Below are positions 1 through 9,677 of a stretch of 64,000 bases of DNA, piece after piece (position 1 is the first letter of the stretch; each line of letters starts with the position of its first letter). Location of the stretch: IMG/VR virus record IMGVR_UViG_3300042868_010802. One strand, written 5' to 3'. The notes below the pieces were generated by a model, which was not told the origin of the DNA, searched no databases, and saw only the letters and a list, made by a program, of their open reading frames with translations. The DNA comes from an uncultured virus (IMG/VR IMGVR_UViG_3300042868_010802). Lineage: Duplodnaviria > Heunggongvirae > Uroviricota > Caudoviricetes. The position numbers and the translations under genes were made by a program.

Positions 1-902
1 GAGTTGCACAACCTTATCCATGGATAGCGTTTGGTCGAGGCGGCCCTGGAATGCGTCCCTGGGAGTTTGGTGCCGGCGGCAGTCGAGGAGCAATAGCATT
101 GTACTGGACCACCAGACCTGCTGCTCCAACACTAGCACAAGTACCTCCTTGGAATTTCCCTACAGGTGCAGTTAGTTTGCCGGATGGCCCACTGAGCACC
201 GGCGGCATTATATTGTATGCAGATGGTACAGGTATGGCTTCCAGTGCTTTATTCTATTGGTATTCTTTGCCTGTTGGTGTTCCTAGTAATGGTATTGGTG
301 AATTCTTTGAAGCAAAATTTAGCGTCAGTGGCGAAGGTACTGCAAACAGCAATATTGGATTAGATATCTGGAGTCCAATCTGGCCATTTGGGAATAGAAC
401 TGGAACTTTTTGTACACCAGTAGCTGGAGCAGTGTTATCAATGAATGTGCAGATTCGCCGTAGATCGGACAGTGTTATTGTTGCAGACAAAACGTATACC
501 GGTGTTGCTGGAGAAGCAGCAGGTGGCGGCGGATGTTGTGTAGTATCAACAGCATTGGCATCAACTGGTATTTGGTCAGAAGGACAGAAAGACGATTTGA
601 TGGCTTGGTGTGAAAAATACTTACATGGCAAATGGTGGGGTGAAGCCTTTAGAAAAGGCTACCAGGTCCTGGGATCACTTGGTGTTAGGAAACTGGTCCG
701 TGCTGGTGGTTTAAAAACCAAATATGCTGACTGGGCATTTACAAACGGAACCAATTTGGTCAGAGGGAAGAAATTTTCGTTGCTGTCATTACCAAATTCT
801 TTACTGTGGATTGTTGCATTCATGTGCGTGGGCATGGTGGTGTCAAAAGAATATGCTGATCGAGTTTGGAAGAAATTATATCAATTTGACGAAAAGGAGT
901 AA
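1..902 (+). CDS. C-terminal part of a probable tail/virion protein, ending in a GGGGCCVVSTAL (CFI-box-like) domain; 5' partial
   Basis: The frame is open from the window start through the ATG at 51. A Gly/Ser/Trp-rich, beta-like region is followed by a poly-Gly linker and a Cys-initiated C-terminal domain. Confidence 0.55.
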   Translation, partial: VAQPYPWIAFGRGGPGMRPWEFGAGGSRGAIALYWTTRPAAPTLAQVPPWNFPTGAVSLPDGPLSTGGIILYADGTGMASSALFYWYSLPVGVPSNGIGEFFEAKFSVSGEGTANSNIGLDIWSPIWPFGNRTGTFCTPVAGAVLSMNVQIRRRSDSVIVADKTYTGVAGEAAGGGGCCVVSTALASTGIWSEGQKDDLMAWCEKYLHGKWWGEAFRKGYQVLGSLGVRKLVRAGGLKTKYADWAFTNGTNLVRGKKFSLLSLPNSLLWIVAFMCVGMVVSKEYADRVWKKLYQFDEKE

Positions 903-905
903 AGT

Positions 906-1328
906 ATGGGAATTACAATCGAACAATATCTAGCCACTCGGCAACCGTGTACAGTATGTAATGATGAAGGTACCCAAGATTACTGTATAACTCACATGTT
1001 GAGCAGAGACGACAACTGTTTGTTTTACAATGCTATTATACTCAATAGCGACCCGTATGACAATGCCGACGTGCTGTTGTTACAAAATCTAAGATCCAGT
1101 ATATCAGGAGAAAAAGTTTTAGAATATTACTATCGGTCAGAACCGTTGGTTAAATTGTTTAAAAGACAGCATGGAAACAATAGCGAGTTCTGGACCGGCA
1201 TCTATAATAGATTTATCAGAGAAATTCTTACCGAAATACGTGCCAATAATCGTACTCAAGTGGTAACATTGATATTCAATATGCTAGACACCCTTGAAGC
1301 TGAAAATGCCGAAAGTTTGAATCAATAA
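906..1328 (+). CDS. Hypothetical protein resembling a CFI-box-CTERM-like domain
   Basis: 140-aa ORF; AAGGAG RBS upstream; pattern C-L-F...L..LR...EYY...P.V. Confidence 0.55.
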   Translation: MGITIEQYLATRQPCTVCNDEGTQDYCITHMLSRDDNCLFYNAIILNSDPYDNADVLLLQNLRSSISGEKVLEYYYRSEPLVKLFKRQHGNNSEFWTGIYNRFIREILTEIRANNRTQVVTLIFNMLDTLEAENAESLNQ

Positions 1329-1352
1329 AAAAGGGCCTTAGGCCCTTTTTTT
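1327..1352. terminator. Bidirectional intrinsic terminator
   Basis: aaaaaaGGGCC-tta-GGCCCttttttt between convergent genes. Confidence 0.85.
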
Positions 1353-1587
1353 ATTTCCATTTCAAACAATAATATGTTGAGCTTTGATCATCGAGATCGG
1401 CTACAATATTTACGTTATACCGGTATGTTCGATGGTTCAGTGAAACAGTCCAAGTTGGTTCTGGATGACAATGCTCCATAACCCACCGACCCTGTTCGGT
1501 CTGCTGCCATTCCCAAATTGGTTGAGCAGCGTGTATTGCCGGATCGTCGTTGTATTCAAGACAAAATGTATGAACCAATATTTTCAT
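1351..1587 (-). CDS. Small hypothetical phage protein
   Basis: Start MKILVHTF overlaps the thyX stop (ATGA); 78 aa. Confidence 0.7.
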   Translation of the reverse strand: MKILVHTFCLEYNDDPAIHAAQPIWEWQQTEQGRWVMEHCHPEPTWTVSLNHRTYRYNVNIVADLDDQSSTYYCLKWK

Positions 1588-2273
1588 GCTTGAACCATTG
1601 AAGCTGCTAAAGGAAAAATTGCAGCAATAGCCTGGGCACATGCTAAAGCAATATCTTGATGCTCTTTTTGCGTACCGTTTTCTTTGCGTAACATGATATA
1701 ATGAATCCAACTACGAACAGTTCCATTCATGTACATTCGGCTAACAGTGTTGCCTTCGGGCAGCATGCAACGAGCTTGTTCTTTGGCAATACCAGCACCA
1801 AGTGCCCAGGTATAGTTTTCCTTGACAAGGTCAATTACGTCTTGCTGTCGCCGAGCCCATTCTGCTACCAGGAATCGATCATCTTCGGACTCCAAGTCCA
1901 GTTCTACACTGTTCTGTCGATTCTTTGTGTCCTGGAGTCTTGCCTCACGTAACACAAACGCTTCGTCGAGTTCAGCTGTAGGATCAGCATATCGCTGGGA
2001 AAACTCTTGGAAGCTGAAACTTCTGTGACGTAGAATCTGTCGGGCAATGTCACGGGTTGTGACAATTTCGAGACAGGCCGACACCATTTCGAGTGGGCTC
2101 CAGTGTTGGTGTCGGACCAAATACTTGATGAGCTTTTCTGATGTTTCAGTGTTGAACTGGTTTGCTGGGTTGGATACACGAGCACAGTAAGCAATAAGCT
2201 CTTGAGCGTCGTTGACGCCCTGGTCAGCAAACTCGGCTGTGGGCTGGGAATATGAAACAAGTTTTACTTTCAT
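1584..2273 (-). CDS. thyX: FAD-dependent thymidylate synthase ThyX
   Basis: ThyX signature RQILRHRSFSFQEFSQRY, plus HWSPLE and KEQAR..LP. Confidence 0.97.
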   Translation of the reverse strand: MKVKLVSYSQPTAEFADQGVNDAQELIAYCARVSNPANQFNTETSEKLIKYLVRHQHWSPLEMVSACLEIVTTRDIARQILRHRSFSFQEFSQRYADPTAELDEAFVLREARLQDTKNRQNSVELDLESEDDRFLVAEWARRQQDVIDLVKENYTWALGAGIAKEQARCMLPEGNTVSRMYMNGTVRSWIHYIMLRKENGTQKEHQDIALACAQAIAAIFPLAASMVQA

Positions 2274-2611
2274 AAGTCTTTTAATATTTGATCCGTTATT
2301 GGTTGAACAGTTTTAACGACATCATCGATGTCAACATAGAAATCCACATCTTCAATAATATGGTCTAGGGCTTTTAATCTAAGGTCAAGCATTTCTTCAA
2401 TAACCTCTGGATCGTGTCCTTCTTTAATGAGCTCTTTGACATCGATATTTACAATAGTACCGTCAACTAGATTAACACTAATTGCCCGCAACAATGTTAT
2501 AGGAATCTCTTCTTTTTCGATGTCTCTAAGAATTCTTTTCCACTGATCTTTAGCGGAAACATTAATCTTTTTGAGCTTTGACCGCGGCTTTTTTCTTGGT
2601 TGTGCTGACAT
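2270..2611 (-). CDS. Hypothetical protein
   Basis: 113-aa ORF translationally coupled to thyX. Confidence 0.75.
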   Translation of the reverse strand: MSAQPRKKPRSKLKKINVSAKDQWKRILRDIEKEEIPITLLRAISVNLVDGTIVNIDVKELIKEGHDPEVIEEMLDLRLKALDHIIEDVDFYVDIDDVVKTVQPITDQILKDL

Positions 2612-3248
2612 TTGTTTTAGTTGTTGGGTCTAGGTCTGCTGCTTCTTTGAGCAGACGTTGTACTTCGGCTAACATAGATTCGGCTTGAACTTTCATGTTG
2701 CCAGCTTGACGGATGCGATCCTTGGCCAAGTCTGCATCAGTTAAGAATTCGTTTAATGTTGCAGCAGCAGTGTTGTTTGGCACACTTGCCTGTTTTGATC
2801 GACTGTTGAGAGGTACGCCCACTTCTTGGATTTGCTCACGTTTTTTACCAGTCATTCCCTTGCTGGCATCAAGATTGGCAAGACGTTTGACAGCATCTTC
2901 GCCTTGTGCCATTTCTTTAAGAATACCGTTCAGTTCATCGAGTCGTACACTGCTATTGCTGGTAGGAGTCACAATCACTTGATTGGTTGGTACTTTTTTG
3001 ATTAAACTATTTTTATGCAATGCTTCGAGACAATTGATACCATCGGGCATGTAGTTTCTATGCAATGCATCGGCAAATTCTTTGGCCTGTTGTCCGACAT
3101 CACTTTCCAGCACTTGCATCACAGCATCGTGATACATTCTAGGCAGCAAGTCACTGTAGACCACGAGGCACATGTGATCTTCGTTTGGTACTTCTCTAAA
3201 TAAAATCACAATCTTCTTTTCATTGTGTTTTCCAACATGTTTGTACAT
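2562..3248 (-). CDS. Hypothetical phage protein
   Basis: 228-aa ORF with AAGGA RBS. Confidence 0.8.
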   Translation of the reverse strand: MYKHVGKHNEKKIVILFREVPNEDHMCLVVYSDLLPRMYHDAVMQVLESDVGQQAKEFADALHRNYMPDGINCLEALHKNSLIKKVPTNQVIVTPTSNSSVRLDELNGILKEMAQGEDAVKRLANLDASKGMTGKKREQIQEVGVPLNSRSKQASVPNNTAAATLNEFLTDADLAKDRIRQAGNMKVQAESMLAEVQRLLKEAADLDPTTKTNVSTTKKKAAVKAQKD

Positions 3249-3260
3249 GGTAATTCCTTT

Positions 3261-3479
3261 TTATTGTTGTTCTTCACTGGCAGTTGGTGCCGGTGGTTTT
3301 TGTGCTGCATTTGCTACATTTAAAAATGCACTAATGCGATCATATACTCCACCTATTGTGGATAATTCGTCTGCCTTCCATGCACCACGTTGTGATCCAG
3401 TTTCGAGTATTTCGATAACTGTAGTGAGATCTTGTAGCGTCAGGGATGGTTTGTTTTCGGTAATTTGTGTGTCAGACAT
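3261..3479 (-). CDS. Hypothetical protein
   Basis: 72-aa ORF; GGAG RBS; TAAATA motif upstream. Confidence 0.75.
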   Translation of the reverse strand: MSDTQITENKPSLTLQDLTTVIEILETGSQRGAWKADELSTIGGVYDRISAFLNVANAAQKPPAPTASEEQQ

Positions 3480-3528
3480 TTATGTTCTCCGGTAATCTGT
3501 ATGTATTTAATAAACTAAACAACCGTGC

Positions 3529-3807
3529 TTAAAATTTATTAATCTCAGGCAGTACCAAAGCAAAGTAAGATGCTTCGCTGTGTATTTCAAAAGCAACTCT
3601 ACGGTGCATTGTGGTATTACCGGTATCAGCACTGATACTAAACACTTCGCCAAAGTAAAAACGACCAGATAAATTTTCATATATCCAGTCTGATATTTTT
3701 TTAGCACTGGTACTCAGATCAAAGTCCACTGCAAAAAAATGCGGTGGACAATGATTTAATACTCTGAGGTTATGTACATTAAGAGGGTTTATCTGAAACA
3801 GTGTCAT
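3529..3807 (-). CDS. Hypothetical protein
   Basis: 92-aa ORF in operon. Confidence 0.7.
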   Translation of the reverse strand: MTLFQINPLNVHNLRVLNHCPPHFFAVDFDLSTSAKKISDWIYENLSGRFYFGEVFSISADTGNTTMHRRVAFEIHSEASYFALVLPEINKF

Positions 3808-4057
3808 CAGTGATGATTCTAATTTTCATATCTTGCGGCTCTTCTTCGGGCATTTCTAGTTTATCAGCCAGATACTCGTTTGCTACATTTACAAAACTAT
3901 CCAGCAAATGAAACTGTTTAGTAATTGTTGCAATCTCTGCACATCTGGCCAAATCTTCTAAATGCATTTCGCATTGCATTAATTTGATTTGAAAACTTTC
4001 AATCAGCTCTTGAGCTTTTTCGATATCGACTACAGATTTAGGGTCAACAACAATCAT
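3779..4057 (-). CDS. Hypothetical protein
   Basis: 92-aa ORF coupled to the upstream VWA gene. Confidence 0.7.
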   Translation of the reverse strand: MIVVDPKSVVDIEKAQELIESFQIKLMQCEMHLEDLARCAEIATITKQFHLLDSFVNVANEYLADKLEMPEEEPQDMKIRIITDDTVSDKPS

Positions 4058-5310
4058 TTCTTTGCATCCTCGTAATGGGCCCAGATACCAAATGGAGCTT
4101 CTGCACCAGGGTTACCTTTGATAATAAAAACAGTATCGCAATAGTCTGGGTCGCCCCAGCTGCCATACGGCATACCGTCAGTGAACATGATGAACTTCTT
4201 AGGTTCAATTTCGTTCTCTTTCATGTATTCCCAGTTACACATGAAGTCAGTGCCGCCACCACCGCCAGGCACGTACTCGCCAATAGAACGCATGTTGTCT
4301 TGCGTAAACTCGTCGGGATTATGAACCCTGGTATCAAACGACCACACTTTGATCTTATAGTCGTCGTAACTTTCCATGATGCCGTTGATCTCTCCCAAGA
4401 AAATTTTGAGTTCTTTCTCACCAATTGATCCAGAAGTATCAATTGCAATACAAACATCAATTGTCTCGCCAGGCTTCTGTCCAGGAAGAACAGCATCCAT
4501 GTGCCAACCTCGACGGTTGGGACGAGTCCAACTAAAGTCATTCTTGATAGTGCTTTGAATTTGTTGCAACAGCAACTCACGCCAGTCAATGACACTTTCA
4601 GTCATCTCTTTGATCAGTCGCTGAACACCCAGAGGCAAGTCACCAGCACCACATGCCTGAGCAGCCTGCATAATGGCATCTTTGATTTCGTCGCGGAGAG
4701 CCTTGGCATCAGCTTTGCTCAGTTTGGGTCGACCATTGCCTTCTTTGTCATCACCGTCTGCATCATCACCTTCGTCACCTTCTTCAAGGTGTTCGTCCAG
4801 CAACTGCTGAGCAAGTTCTTTGATGTTGATTTTGTCAGCATTTTTAAACAAGTCATCGTAGACTTCTTCGTAGCTCCAGCCGCTGTACTTTTTATTGTAC
4901 AGAATTGGCACTGCGGTAATTTTATTGCCAATACCTTGCTCAATCAAATCGTTGTTGACACAGTAGTCGGCGGCAATATTAGACAACACAGGGTCGCGAT
5001 TGGCGCGACGACCCAAGTGGTCGTATACCACATGCAACACTTCGTGGCCAAACAAGAATTCGCATTCTTTCAAGCTCAGCCGCTGAATGAATGCACTGTT
5101 ATACCAAAATGTGCGTCCATCGGTGGCAGCAGTAGGACACCAATCGTCTGCATTGACCAATTTGAGTCGAGTTGCAAGGTTGCCAAAAAACCCTGCACGA
5201 AGCAACAATCCAACTCTTGCAGTGATAAGTCGTTCTCTAGCAGCCGCATCAACTTTGGGATCAGTGACAGTCTTGGCTTTTTCTTTTGAAGACATTGTAG
5301 TATCAGTCAT
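4054..5310 (-). CDS. Metallopeptidase-like plus VWA domain protein (DUF2201-type), partner of the MoxR ATPase
   Basis: TAATDG and HEVLH (HExxH); MIDAS motif DTSGS...GGGGTDF...FTDG. Confidence 0.9.
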   Translation of the reverse strand: MTDTTMSSKEKAKTVTDPKVDAAARERLITARVGLLLRAGFFGNLATRLKLVNADDWCPTAATDGRTFWYNSAFIQRLSLKECEFLFGHEVLHVVYDHLGRRANRDPVLSNIAADYCVNNDLIEQGIGNKITAVPILYNKKYSGWSYEEVYDDLFKNADKINIKELAQQLLDEHLEEGDEGDDADGDDKEGNGRPKLSKADAKALRDEIKDAIMQAAQACGAGDLPLGVQRLIKEMTESVIDWRELLLQQIQSTIKNDFSWTRPNRRGWHMDAVLPGQKPGETIDVCIAIDTSGSIGEKELKIFLGEINGIMESYDDYKIKVWSFDTRVHNPDEFTQDNMRSIGEYVPGGGGGTDFMCNWEYMKENEIEPKKFIMFTDGMPYGSWGDPDYCDTVFIIKGNPGAEAPFGIWAHYEDAKK

Positions 5311-5372
5311 GGTGTTCCTTTCTTTGTAATAGTATTATAACACAATAAATGAAAGGGCACAAGCCCCTCCAT

Positions 5373-6476
5373 TTACTTGCCTACTGCGGCAACCACATAC
5401 TTGCCAAAACGCTTGTGGAACTCGTCAAAGTGAGTCAATTTGTTTGGAACAAACGGAATACCATATGTGGTAATTGCAATACGGCTAGCCATTACAACCA
5501 ATTCAGTGGTAAAATTGTCCATGATGAAACGGAAGAAATTGTCTGCCATCTTGTTCCAGTCATCCAACTTGCCATTGCTCTTGTCGTATGCATCTTTGAG
5601 TTCATAGCACAGACTGATAGTCAAAGAATACATGGCACTGATTTCTTTGATTTTAAGATCTTTGACCTTGCCAGCCAACACTTCAACTGGATCAGGCATT
5701 TGTCCAGACACTTTGCGGTGTGCCATAAACTTGACAGCAAGCCCCTCACCCACAGCACCTGCAATCAAATCAATAGTGCCAGAGTCCATTCCGTCGTCAT
5801 CTGTCAGCAGTTCGCTTACAAAAGTCCACGAACGTGGAGTGGCAAATGCACGAGACGATGAGCGTGGATCAAAGTCAAACAAGTCGCCTTTGGCAAAGCT
5901 CAAGTAACCCACAACGTCTTTGTGGATTTTGTGCTGAACTGCCCATGTCTGCCACGAGTCAAAGTCCACACGCATTTCCAAGTGAACGAAACGGTTAGAC
6001 AACGGGCTAGGCATGCGGTATGTAACGCCTTTGTCGCTTTCGCGGTTACCAGCAGCAACAATGACCACATTGTCTGGCAAAGTATATTTGCCAATGCGAC
6101 GGTTAAGAATCAGCTGATAGGCAGCAGCCTGGACACTTGGAGCAGCCGAGTTCATTTCATCAAGGAACAGCACAATGACTGGATACTTGGCAGACATCTC
6201 TGCGTCAGGCAAGTCAATAGGAGGAGCCCAGTCCATTTTGCCGTTGTCTTTGTTGAAGAACGGAATACCACGAATGTCAGTGGGTTCCATTTGTGCCATA
6301 CGCAGGTCAATCATATGACCGCCAAGATCTTCTGCAATACCAGCAACCAGTTCAGATTTACCAATACCAGGAGGGCCCCACAGGAACACAGGACGTTGAC
6401 GCTTGAAGCATCGAATAAGACTGCGGCGTGCTTCTGCGGAAGTTACCGTGCGGTTTTCGGAAATGGTTGTAGCCAT
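5373..6476 (-). CDS. MoxR-like AAA+ ATPase
   Basis: Walker A GPPGIGKS, Walker B LFLDE, AAGN, NRF, TPRSW. Confidence 0.92.
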   Translation of the reverse strand: MATTISENRTVTSAEARRSLIRCFKRQRPVFLWGPPGIGKSELVAGIAEDLGGHMIDLRMAQMEPTDIRGIPFFNKDNGKMDWAPPIDLPDAEMSAKYPVIVLFLDEMNSAAPSVQAAAYQLILNRRIGKYTLPDNVVIVAAGNRESDKGVTYRMPSPLSNRFVHLEMRVDFDSWQTWAVQHKIHKDVVGYLSFAKGDLFDFDPRSSSRAFATPRSWTFVSELLTDDDGMDSGTIDLIAGAVGEGLAVKFMAHRKVSGQMPDPVEVLAGKVKDLKIKEISAMYSLTISLCYELKDAYDKSNGKLDDWNKMADNFFRFIMDNFTTELVVMASRIAITTYGIPFVPNKLTHFDEFHKRFGKYVVAAVGK

Positions 6477-6577
6477 GATTTGCCTTTCAGTTGCAGTTAA
6501 AGTATGAAGTAATTATAACACAAGATCAATAACCTGAACAATTGTATGGTTATTGTTTGTTGCACACATACAACAAA

Positions 6578-6721
6578 TTAGTAAGAAGCTTTTGCCAGCA
6601 TGCGAACAGGTGCTTCGTGAACAAAGCCATCGCGGATGGGTTGCAATTGGCACAGCCACCAACCGCTGTGGTACAAGGTCATACCACCAGGAATGTAACG
6701 TACCACAAAGTGGTCCATCAT
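6578..6721 (-). CDS. Small hypothetical protein (47 aa, not in the ORF track)
   Basis: MMDHFVVRY...KASY*; ATGA overlap with the upstream gene. Confidence 0.45.
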   Translation of the reverse strand: MMDHFVVRYIPGGMTLYHSGWWLCQLQPIRDGFVHEAPVRMLAKASY

Positions 6722-6993
6722 GCTGCCACCAACATGTTAGCTGGCACTTTCCACAGGCCTTGCGCGGTACGAACTGTGACAAATTTAATAGCAATCTTGC
6801 TCACTGTTCCTGAGTAAGTCATGTGATTCTTAGTGCTGGTAAACTTCACAGTGTCTCCCAGCATAAGGCTACGTTTGGTTTTTTGTGTCAGTTGCGCCCG
6901 AGCATATTTCACAGCATCAATGACACTGGTGAGCTCATCATTGGTAAAGTTACCAAACATGATTGCAGAATTAACGTCTTTAATCGATACCAT
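6718..6993 (-). CDS. Hypothetical protein with SH3/KOW-like C-terminus
   Basis: 91 aa; LGDTVKF...GTVSKI...W.V. Confidence 0.7.
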   Translation of the reverse strand: MVSIKDVNSAIMFGNFTNDELTSVIDAVKYARAQLTQKTKRSLMLGDTVKFTSTKNHMTYSGTVSKIAIKFVTVRTAQGLWKVPANMLVAA

Positions 6994-7022
6994 TTCTGAT
7001 TCCTTTGATGAATGTATATTAG

Positions 7023-7349
7023 TTAAATTTTGGTAAAACCAAAAGATGCCACCAAGTGCATGTCGCCTTGTTCGTTCATGATGATGTCACCAACACTCAC
7101 ACTATGCATAGGAGCCTTGCGAGTGATTGCACTTTCTGGGCCAATGTTGCCAATGTCAAACACTTGGCCAAGATTGGCTGCTTCAATTTCGGCAACCAAA
7201 TCGTAATATTTGTGAGCAATGGGCGCCCACTTGCCGAAGCGAACATTCATGTACGCTTTGAGTTTAGGAGAAGCATCCCAACCTTCTTTGTTGACCAGAT
7301 CGTTGTCCTTGTTATCCAATTGGAACTGAAAAACTTTGAACTGTGCCAT
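7023..7349 (-). CDS. YodL-like domain protein
   Basis: MHSVSVGDII...V..FGF motif. Confidence 0.6.
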   Translation of the reverse strand: MAQFKVFQFQLDNKDNDLVNKEGWDASPKLKAYMNVRFGKWAPIAHKYYDLVAEIEAANLGQVFDIGNIGPESAITRKAPMHSVSVGDIIMNEQGDMHLVASFGFTKI

Positions 7350-7382
7350 TTAGTACTCCTGTGTGTTGCTGTCTATGTATGT

Positions 7383-7411
7383 ATTATAGCAAAACGGGCA
7401 GGCCACGTCAA
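7383..7411 (-). promoter_or_regulatory. Sigma70-type (early) promoter
   Basis: TTGACG-17 bp-TATAAT with extended -10 TG. Confidence 0.85.
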
Positions 7412-7437
7412 CCGAAATGTTGTTGCAAATACGCAAC

Positions 7438-7460
7438 AAAAAAGGGCCCTAAGGCCCTTT
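7438..7460 (-). terminator. Intrinsic terminator
   Basis: GGGCC/GGCCC stem with a T-run on the minus strand. Confidence 0.8.
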
Positions 7461-7480
7461 AATTTTGTACTACTAGAGTA

Positions 7481-7756
7481 TTACTTTTTGCTGCCTGCTC
7501 CGGCGTTGACAAAATCATACATTTTGTTTGCAGTTTCTAGAACTTTTTCTAATCCTGGAAACTCTGGCATATTAACCTTGCTAACGATTTGATTAGTTTT
7601 AGGATCGCGCTCGGCAGTCATTTCCCAACCGGCAAACTTGACTTGGAAGTCTTGCTGTACCATGTCTTTGGCCATTGCTAGAATGTCTGTGCGGATTTCG
7701 TAGCCATTCTTGTTAAATTTAACTTCTGGCATTCTTGGTGTTTCAAAATTTGACAT
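7481..7756 (-). CDS. Conserved hypothetical protein
   Basis: 91 aa; KNGYEIRTDIL.MAK...P...VLE.A..MY.FV. Confidence 0.75.
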   Translation of the reverse strand: MSNFETPRMPEVKFNKNGYEIRTDILAMAKDMVQQDFQVKFAGWEMTAERDPKTNQIVSKVNMPEFPGLEKVLETANKMYDFVNAGAGSKK

Positions 7757-7770
7757 TGTGTTTCCTTGAA

Positions 7771-8022
7771 TTAAGACTTTGATGTTTTTTCTTTGGACTG
7801 TGGAAATGCCTTGTTGGCATACGAGTCCACGGAATACTTGGCAAGATCAGTAAAGTTCTTGGCCAGCATTTTGGCAAATGCTGTTTGAGCATTAATATAC
7901 TCGTGTGCTGCTTTGTTGAGTGTTGGGTCAGTAATGACCTTGTCGGTTAAACCACGCTTGGTAGTTTGGAAAGCTTCGATATGTGAATCGAGCGTAAGAT
8001 ATGGTGCGAACATTGAAAACAT
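7771..8022 (-). CDS. Phasin-like small helical protein (tentative)
   Basis: 83-aa amphipathic helical ORF; AAGGAG RBS. Confidence 0.45.
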   Translation of the reverse strand: MFSMFAPYLTLDSHIEAFQTTKRGLTDKVITDPTLNKAAHEYINAQTAFAKMLAKNFTDLAKYSVDSYANKAFPQSKEKTSKS

Positions 8023-8125
8023 ATTTTCTCCTTGTGTGTATGTTTGTAGGCAATAACTTTATTGCCTATGTATTTATTATATAGACCTAGATACGCTTTG
8101 TAAAGAGGTTTGACAAAATACAGTA

Positions 8126-8248
8126 TTACTTGCTAGACATTAGCTCTTTGGCTTCTTGGGACATGCCTGCACGAACCATGGCGGCAGCAGCACGAGCCTG
8201 ACCTATACTTAGGCCAATTTCGTATAGTATGTTTAGTAATTTTTTCAT
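8126..8248 (-). CDS. Small hypothetical protein (40 aa, not in the ORF track)
   Basis: MKKLLNILYEIG...ARAAAAMVRAG..EAKELM; ATGA-coupled. Confidence 0.6.
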   Translation of the reverse strand: MKKLLNILYEIGLSIGQARAAAAMVRAGMSQEAKELMSSK

Positions 8249-8424
8249 AGATAATTCCTTGCTTGTTTTTGATCGAATTGTCTTTGAAGATGTTCCAGCT
8301 GAGCCGGGTTGTCAATATAAAATTGATTTAAGTATTCTTCTAGCTTGCTTTGATAACTTTGCATTGGAAACATTTCTGCCAGGCGCTCTATTATGGCCAG
8401 CATTTGTTCAGATAATTTTTTCAT
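8245..8424 (-). CDS. Small protein, DUF3563-like (59 aa, not in the ORF track)
   Basis: MKKLSEQ...LEEYL....D.AQLEHLQRQFD; CAGGAG RBS. Confidence 0.55.
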   Translation of the reverse strand: MKKLSEQMLAIIERLAEMFPMQSYQSKLEEYLNQFYIDNPAQLEHLQRQFDQKQARNYL

Positions 8425-8495
8425 TGTGTGATCTCCTGTGTGTGTAAAAACTCGTGGTTTCTACTAATAGTATTTACCACGAGCTGTGTTACAAA

Positions 8496-8876
8496 TCAAT
8501 TAAACTTTTGTACATTGTCTAAATAAGTTTGGAGATCGTTGTTGTACAAGGTCAAGGTCACACTGGTCATTTCGTCAAACACAATAATGGTTTTAAGCTT
8601 GGGTATATAGTAAGGGTAGTCTAGAATTTTTTCTAACTGTAACAGGGTCTTAGGCAGGATAATTCGCTCTAAATCGTGACTGTAATAGCGAATTTTTGCA
8701 TGAGTAGCGGCATAACTAACCCCTTCTTTGCTTAGGCGCATGCTATTGTAGTTCAATGGATTAAACCACCATGCCTTGCGTAAATGGTCAAAAGAATGGC
8801 CCGCACTTGGCCGGCCAGACGATTCGATAAATCTTTGTGTCCAACCGAGTTGATCAATTGAACTAGACTTGCTCAT
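8496..8876 (-). CDS. Hypothetical protein
   Basis: 126-aa ORF. Confidence 0.75.
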   Translation of the reverse strand: MSKSSSIDQLGWTQRFIESSGRPSAGHSFDHLRKAWWFNPLNYNSMRLSKEGVSYAATHAKIRYYSHDLERIILPKTLLQLEKILDYPYYIPKLKTIIVFDEMTSVTLTLYNNDLQTYLDNVQKFN

Positions 8877-9169
8877 TATGATCCTGGGTAAATTACAAAT
8901 CCTTGATTGAGTAGAACTACTGTAAACTTGTCAGTTTTGAATTGAGTATTTAATTTTTTGGCCAAGCTGATGGCATGTCCTGGATTACTAAAACTTACTT
9001 TTCGATACTTGGGTCCTGGGTAGCTGACCAAAATATTTTGAGTTTTAAGATTAACTGGCCGGCTATCGTAATACACTGCCCAAATACCTTCGCTAGCCAA
9101 AACTTGGTCGCATTTGTAGTTAGACTTGTTCAAGTTTTCTAAAATTACAGTTGGCTTGGGTCTACTCAT
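8876..9169 (-). CDS. Conserved hypothetical phage protein
   Basis: MSRPKP...GPKY.KVSFSNPGHA; CATAAATA motif upstream. Confidence 0.8.
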   Translation of the reverse strand: MSRPKPTVILENLNKSNYKCDQVLASEGIWAVYYDSRPVNLKTQNILVSYPGPKYRKVSFSNPGHAISLAKKLNTQFKTDKFTVVLLNQGFVIYPGS

Positions 9170-9218
9170 AGCATAATCTTTCTTTGATATCTCATCATGT
9201 AGTTTATTTATGCGTAGT

Positions 9219-9674
9219 TTATGACCTAATTTTGGATAATTGTGCAGTGAGTTCGTCTTTTGTTTTAAAAGGGCCGTGATGTTGATGTCGACTCAACACA
9301 ATCTTTTTGGGACAATATTCGCTGACCCATGTTCCTTCGATGTTGATCAAATAATATCCAGCACAGTAAAAACTTTTGCTTTTGAGACCTTTTGTATACA
9401 AAGGTAACCTTGATTTTAAATCAAATATAGGATTGTGTGGTTCACAATCACACGGAAAATCATAAACATTGTTTGTAGAAATTGCCTGCTTGGATACACG
9501 ACCCACACGAATATTGTGCCTGGAAGTTAGCATCTTGAATGATGGAAACTTCTCTCTTGAGAGTCCCTGAACCAAAACAACACCATCTTCGACTGCTTGT
9601 ATGGTTCCAACTTTTTGTCCACCTTCTTCAACAATCCAAAATTTGTTTTTGATAACGGGTTTAGCTTCTGCCAT
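9219..9674 (-). CDS. Hypothetical protein
   Basis: 151 aa; KSFYCAGYY...CPK...GPFKT. Confidence 0.75.
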   Translation of the reverse strand: MAEAKPVIKNKFWIVEEGGQKVGTIQAVEDGVVLVQGLSREKFPSFKMLTSRHNIRVGRVSKQAISTNNVYDFPCDCEPHNPIFDLKSRLPLYTKGLKSKSFYCAGYYLINIEGTWVSEYCPKKIVLSRHQHHGPFKTKDELTAQLSKIRS

Positions 9675-9677
9675 ATT

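Noticed and set aside
4075..6500. Long plus-strand ORFs antisense to the VWA/MoxR genes (and similar ones opposite polB and clpA)
   Set aside because: Shadow ORFs of strongly coding minus-strand genes, with no recognisable motifs.
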